Shown: piece after piece, positions 59,871 through 64,000 of the stretch
Numbering within the stretch: the first letter of the stretch is position 1
Layout of the letters: each line of letters begins with the position of its first letter
Source of the DNA: Octopus sinensis
Taxonomy: Eukaryota
Direction: 5' to 3'
NCBI RefSeq assembly: GCF_006345805.1
Contig: NC_043024.1
Coordinates: 14,942,001 to 15,006,000, forward strand
DNA length: 64,000 nucleotides
Translations under genes and position numbers: made by a program
Notes under the pieces: generated by a model
Databases searched by the model: none
What the model was told of the DNA's origin: nothing
Seen by the model: only the letters and a program-made list of their open reading frames with translations

Positions 59871-60442
59871 CATAATGGTGTGTTAAAACACCTGGAAGTC
59901 ATAGACAGGTGACATGACACACCTCCGACCGAGTTTGGTAAGGATGAATGGGATGTAGCAGACGAGAGAGAGAAATATTTTCAGGTGTTTTAACAACCAG
60001 TGCCATGAGGGAGTTGTCCCCCAAATGCTAAACCACAGCCAACTGGCAAACAAACAAAACACATTGAGCATTTGTGATTCACAATGTTTACAACACTACA
60101 ACTGCTTTTCATTTCTTATTGAAACACTACATTCTCCATTAACTTTCGCATAATTCCATTGTCCCTCTTGTGTCCCTAGTTTGCATTGGGTACACAGTAT
60201 AGAATTTCTGCCTACACCTTTCCTGCATATTGAGAAGGGCCATTTTTCTGACGGGAGTAGAATCCTACATATTTTTTCCTGCTTTCTAGATCTTCGGTCT
60301 TTCCTATGTTTAAGCCCTTTGAATTCAGGTTTTGCATCCACACCTGGAATTTCTTTTATAATTCTGTCACAGATTCTGCTATGAGAACATGATCATCTGT
60401 CCTAGAGAAGCTGGTCTTAAATTCTTTTGCAATGACATAGAG

Positions 60443-60737
60443 CAGTGGTTCCCAAAGTTTTTCAGGCTGCTGACCCCTTGACACCCAGGCCACATTCCTA
60501 GTGCTCACACCCCAACTAACCATCACAAACATAGACCCCTTTCTGTATCAAATCCAAAGCAACATTATTTCACATATAAAAGCTAACCTAATCAACCCAT
60601 TATTTTGTTTTTACATAAATTACCACCCCATTTTTTACACGAATTGCTACCCCATTATTACCCACTTTTCTTCAACGCCCTCTTACGAATTACCATCTCC
60701 CCCAGGGGTGCAATGCTGCCCACTTTGGGAACTACTG
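60443..60737. mobile_element. hAT/Charlie-like MITE
   Basis: CAGTGGTTCCCAAAGT .. ACTTTGGGAACTACTG termini; no clear TSD. Confidence 0.65.
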
Positions 60738-60739
60738 AC

Positions 60740-61130
60740 TTGAATGAGAAAGGATTGAGAACCAAGCCCTGATGAACTCCTTGAACACTGAATTCATCAC
60801 TGTACTCATAGCTGACCCTTACCCTACTGACAGTACCCCTGTTCAGGGCTTGTACAGCTCTAACAAGCAATTTGTCTATTAACCTCCTTAGAGACCATCA
60901 GATAACAAAGCAAAGGATTCTGTTGAAGGCTTTCTTGAGGTCAATGAATGCTAAGTGCAATTTTTAAAAACTCTTAGCTTGATACTTCTGCCGCTGTCTC
61001 ACTAGGAACATGACATCTTTAGCATGCCTCCCTGTAACAAAACCAAACTACATTTCAGTTAGTCTAATTCCATTTTGAATGAAATGATTTGTGTTGGGTA
61101 TCAAAATGCTTTTCAATGATCTGTGAACAC
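60740..61130 (-). mobile_element. RTE RT fragment
   Basis: GVHQGLVLNP and LAFIDLKKAFNR-like motifs on the minus strand. Confidence 0.6.
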
Positions 61131-61374
61131 TGTAAAAGCTGTGAGATGTGACGTGGACAGCAGCAATGGAGGATATGAAGTCGAGCGCAAGCAGGGCCAC
61201 AGTGGGTATTCTGACAGTAATGCATGTGGGAATTCATCCCCACATCTTTGAACAGGGCTTGAGGCTCAATTCAGATTTTTTAGGTGAAGCTGCTGGAGAC
61301 TGATGAATCCCTGGCAGGAGAGGGTTGCAGGTAGGCCATATGTGTGGTGGCAGGATTTAGTTCCTTGCCATATA

Positions 61375-61793
61375 GGCGTAGGAGTGGCTGTGTGGTAAGT
61401 AGCTTGCTAACCAACCACATGGTCCCGGGTTCAGTCCCACTGCGTGGCATCTTGGGCAAGTGTCTTCTGCTATAGCCCCGGGCCGACCAATGCCTTGTGA
61501 GTGGATTTGGTAGACGGAAACTGAAAGAAGCCTGTCGTATATATGTATATATATATATATGTATGTGTGTGTTTGTGTGTCTGCTGTGTTTGTCCCCCTA
61601 GCATTGCTTGACAACCGATGCTGGTGTGCTTACGTCCCCGTCACTTAGCGGTTCGGCAAAAGAGACCGATAGAATAAGTACTGGGCTTACAAAGAATAAG
61701 TCCCGGGGTCGATTTGCTCGACTAAAGGCGGTGCTCCAGCATGGCCGCAGTTAAAATGACTGAAACAAGTAAAAGAGTAAAAGAGTAAAGAGT
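61375..61793 (+). mobile_element. SINE family A
   Basis: Full-length match. Confidence 0.85.
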
Positions 61794-61849
61794 ATATCTT
61801 TTGGAAAGAGTCAGAAGAGGTTCTCAGAGAATTTCTTCCACTTCACCAG

Positions 61850-62085
61850 CCCCCAATTTCTGGCTTTCTAATTCCCATTTGATTGTAATCTGATGAGTGA
61901 CCATGTGTGGGTTGCAGTTGAGAAAGAAACCAACCACTCTGCTTGCAACAGCAAGGCCGAACTGGTGGCCAAGACCAAGAAGGTGTTCAAAGATCTTCTC
62001 AGGGACACATTGAGGATTGCATGTGCTGGGTTTTGGAACCATCTTGAAGCCATGGTAGAAGCTGAGGTTGTCCACTTAAGTAAAC
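61850..62085 (+). mobile_element. Tc1/mariner transposase C-terminal relic
   Basis: CNLMSDHVWVAVEKETNHSACNSKAELVAK..LEAMVEAE, parallel to 4915-5129. Confidence 0.6.
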
Positions 62086-62289
62086 TGTTACCTCCCAGCC
62101 ATAATCTAGTTGATTTTTTTTACTTTTAAAATACATTTGATTTTTGGATAGTATATTGTGTTTTCAAGTTTATGTATTTGTTTTTTGCAAGATTCTTGAT
62201 GGGAATTGTGTGTTGAAACAGATATTGTTGTCCTCGGGGATGGTCATATTTTGCCAATTAAATATAAGCACTATATATATTTGGTCTTA

Positions 62290-62722
62290 AGCTTTAACCA
62301 AATCAGAACCAAAATCGAAGTCGATCAACATCAATGGAAATTGCAGCTGTGATACCAGTGCCGGTGGCACGTAAGCGAACCATCCGATCGTGGCCGTTGC
62401 CAGTGCTGCCTCGACTGGCCTCCATGCCGGTGGCACGTAAAAAGCACCATCCGATCGTGGCCATTGCCAGCCTCGCGTGACACGTAAAAAGCACCATCCG
62501 ACCATGGCTGTTTGCCAGCCCCGTCTGGCACCTGTGCCAGTGGCACGTAAAAAGCACCCACTACACTCACGGAGTGGTTGGCGTTAGGAAGGGCATCCAG
62601 CTGTAGAAACATTGCCAGATAAGACTGGAGCCTGGTGCAGCCTTCTGGCTTCCCAGACCCCAGTTGAACCATCCAACCCATGCCAGCATGGAAAGCGGAT
62701 ACTAAATGATGATGATGATGAT
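62290..62722 (+). mobile_element. RTE 3' UTR with subrepeats and (GAT)n tail
   Basis: Same family as 999-1560. Confidence 0.8.
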
Positions 62723-62727
62723 AGTGA

Positions 62728-62930
62728 GCTGGCATAATCGTTAGCACGCTGGATGAAATGCTTAGCCATTGCTACATTCTGAGTTCAAATTCCACAGAGG
62801 TCAACTTTGTCTTTCATCCTTTCAGGATCGATAAATTAAGTACCAGTTATGCATTGGGATCAATGCAATCGACCATCCCCCTCCTCCAAATTTCAGGTCC
62901 TGTACCCATAATAGAAAGAATTATTATTTT
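62728..62930 (+). mobile_element. SINE family B
   Basis: Degenerate match. Confidence 0.7.
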
Positions 62931-63432
62931 AGTGTTCTTTTTCTGAAGTCTTTTGTCACACATCCTGTGACCTCTTCAGCGACTCTCCAACCCACGTGTT
63001 GCCTCTTGTTCCATCTAGTCCATTCTGTCTTTCTGAGAAGAGACATATAGAATGGAGAATTGCTGAAGAGGTCACAGGATGTGTGACAAAAGATTTCAGG
63101 CAAAGGACACAAAACAAAAAACAATATCAAAGCTGAAATGAAGAACGAATACATAGTGTATGTGGTTAATTGACAATGATTTGTGTTGGGTCGATAAATT
63201 AAGTACCAGTTGTGTACTGGGGTCAATGTAATTGACTAGTCCCTGCCCCCAAAATTTCAGGCTTTGAGTAGAAAAGAATTGTTAGCATGCTGCCGCTGAG
63301 GTCAACTTTGCCTTTCATCCTTTTGGGGTCGATAAACTAAGTACTCTTGGGCTTTTCCTTTTATGCAAACTGTTGGATTTCACCTGAACATCCTGTAAAC
63401 CAGCAATGGATTGAAAATATCAAAACATTCAC

Positions 63433-63836
63433 CTCTTTTACTTGTTTCAGTCATTTGACTGTGGCCATGTTGGAGCGCCACCTTTAGTTGAAGAAATCGA
63501 TCCCAGGACTTATTCTTTGTAAGCCTAGAACTTATTCTATTAGTCTCTTTTGCCGAACTGCTAAGTTACGGGGACGTAAACACACCGGCATCGGTTGTCA
63601 AGCGATGTTGGGGGACCAACACAGACACACACACATACATATATATGAGTGTGTGTGTGTATATACATATATACGATGGGCTTCTTTCAGTTTCCGTCTA
63701 CCAAATCCACTCAAAGGGCTTTGGTCAGCTCGAAACTATAGTAGAAGACACTTGCCCAAGGTGCCACACAATGAGACTGAACCCAGAACCATGTGGTTGG
63801 TAAGCAAGTTACTTACCACACAGCCACTCCTGCGCC
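63433..63836 (-). mobile_element. SINE family A
   Basis: Full-length reverse-complement match. Confidence 0.85.
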
Positions 63837-64000
63837 TATCTACTAAATTCTGCAAAATCAAGGAAGCAATCTGATCAGTAATTAAAAAACTATAACGATG
63901 CTCTACCTCTCTCAAGCAAATAATTATTTGAGATGCATTTAATTATGGTGCTTTCAGTGATAAACCAATTTTGGAAAATAGTAATTTAACTGTTCAGGAA

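Noticed and set aside
59556-59875. Charged or Ser/Leu-rich ORFs on both strands
   Set aside because: Translations of a GA-rich low-complexity tract.
1-64000. CRISPR arrays, rRNA, prokaryotic operons
   Set aside because: No regularly spaced repeat-spacer array or rRNA-like sequence seen; the window is eukaryotic.

Overview
AT-rich, repeat-dense eukaryotic (animal) DNA. The tRNA-headed SINE families, (TA)n/(CA)n microsatellites and the expanded cluster of C2H2 zinc-finger genes with a single coding exon point to a coleoid cephalopod, most likely Octopus; this is inferred, not proven. The window holds a C2H2-ZNF cluster. Five closely related 6-finger paralogs are present: a partial one at 1-45, two more in a ~7.1-kb tandem array (6527-7174, 13616-14275) and a divergently oriented pair sharing a ~2.5-kb inverted duplication (22148-22807 minus, 36977-37588 plus). 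A more distant 16-finger gene lies at 45554-46933 (minus). Between the genes are a full-length hAT transposon with an intact 710-aa ORF (27014-29808), a Ty3/gypsy element with identical 408-bp LTRs, a tRNA-Trp PBS and a frameshift-riddled interior (51691-56713), an ORF1-only (HAL1-like) retroposon, Tc1/mariner, RTE and CR1/L2 relics, MITEs and many SINEs. The most notable unannotated signals are: (1) two intact type-I hammerhead ribozyme motifs (26823-26908 plus; 30307-30388 minus) with different but fully pairing stems, large structured stem-II extensions and the same ACATATGT palindromic stem III, flanking the hAT; (2) a decayed Cys-containing N-terminal domain (..KFLxxHC[LV]ECVQD..) in the nominal 5' leader of every complete ZNF gene, a possible lineage-specific effector domain; (3) recognition-helix variation concentrated in fingers 1 and 6; (4) many fold-back/inverted duplications, several near ZNF promoters; (5) a fold-back element with a 26-bp target duplication and a pre-miRNA-like hairpin. 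Coordinates of ORFs, LTRs, TSDs and ribozymes were read base by base; edges of SINE/LINE relics are approximate.
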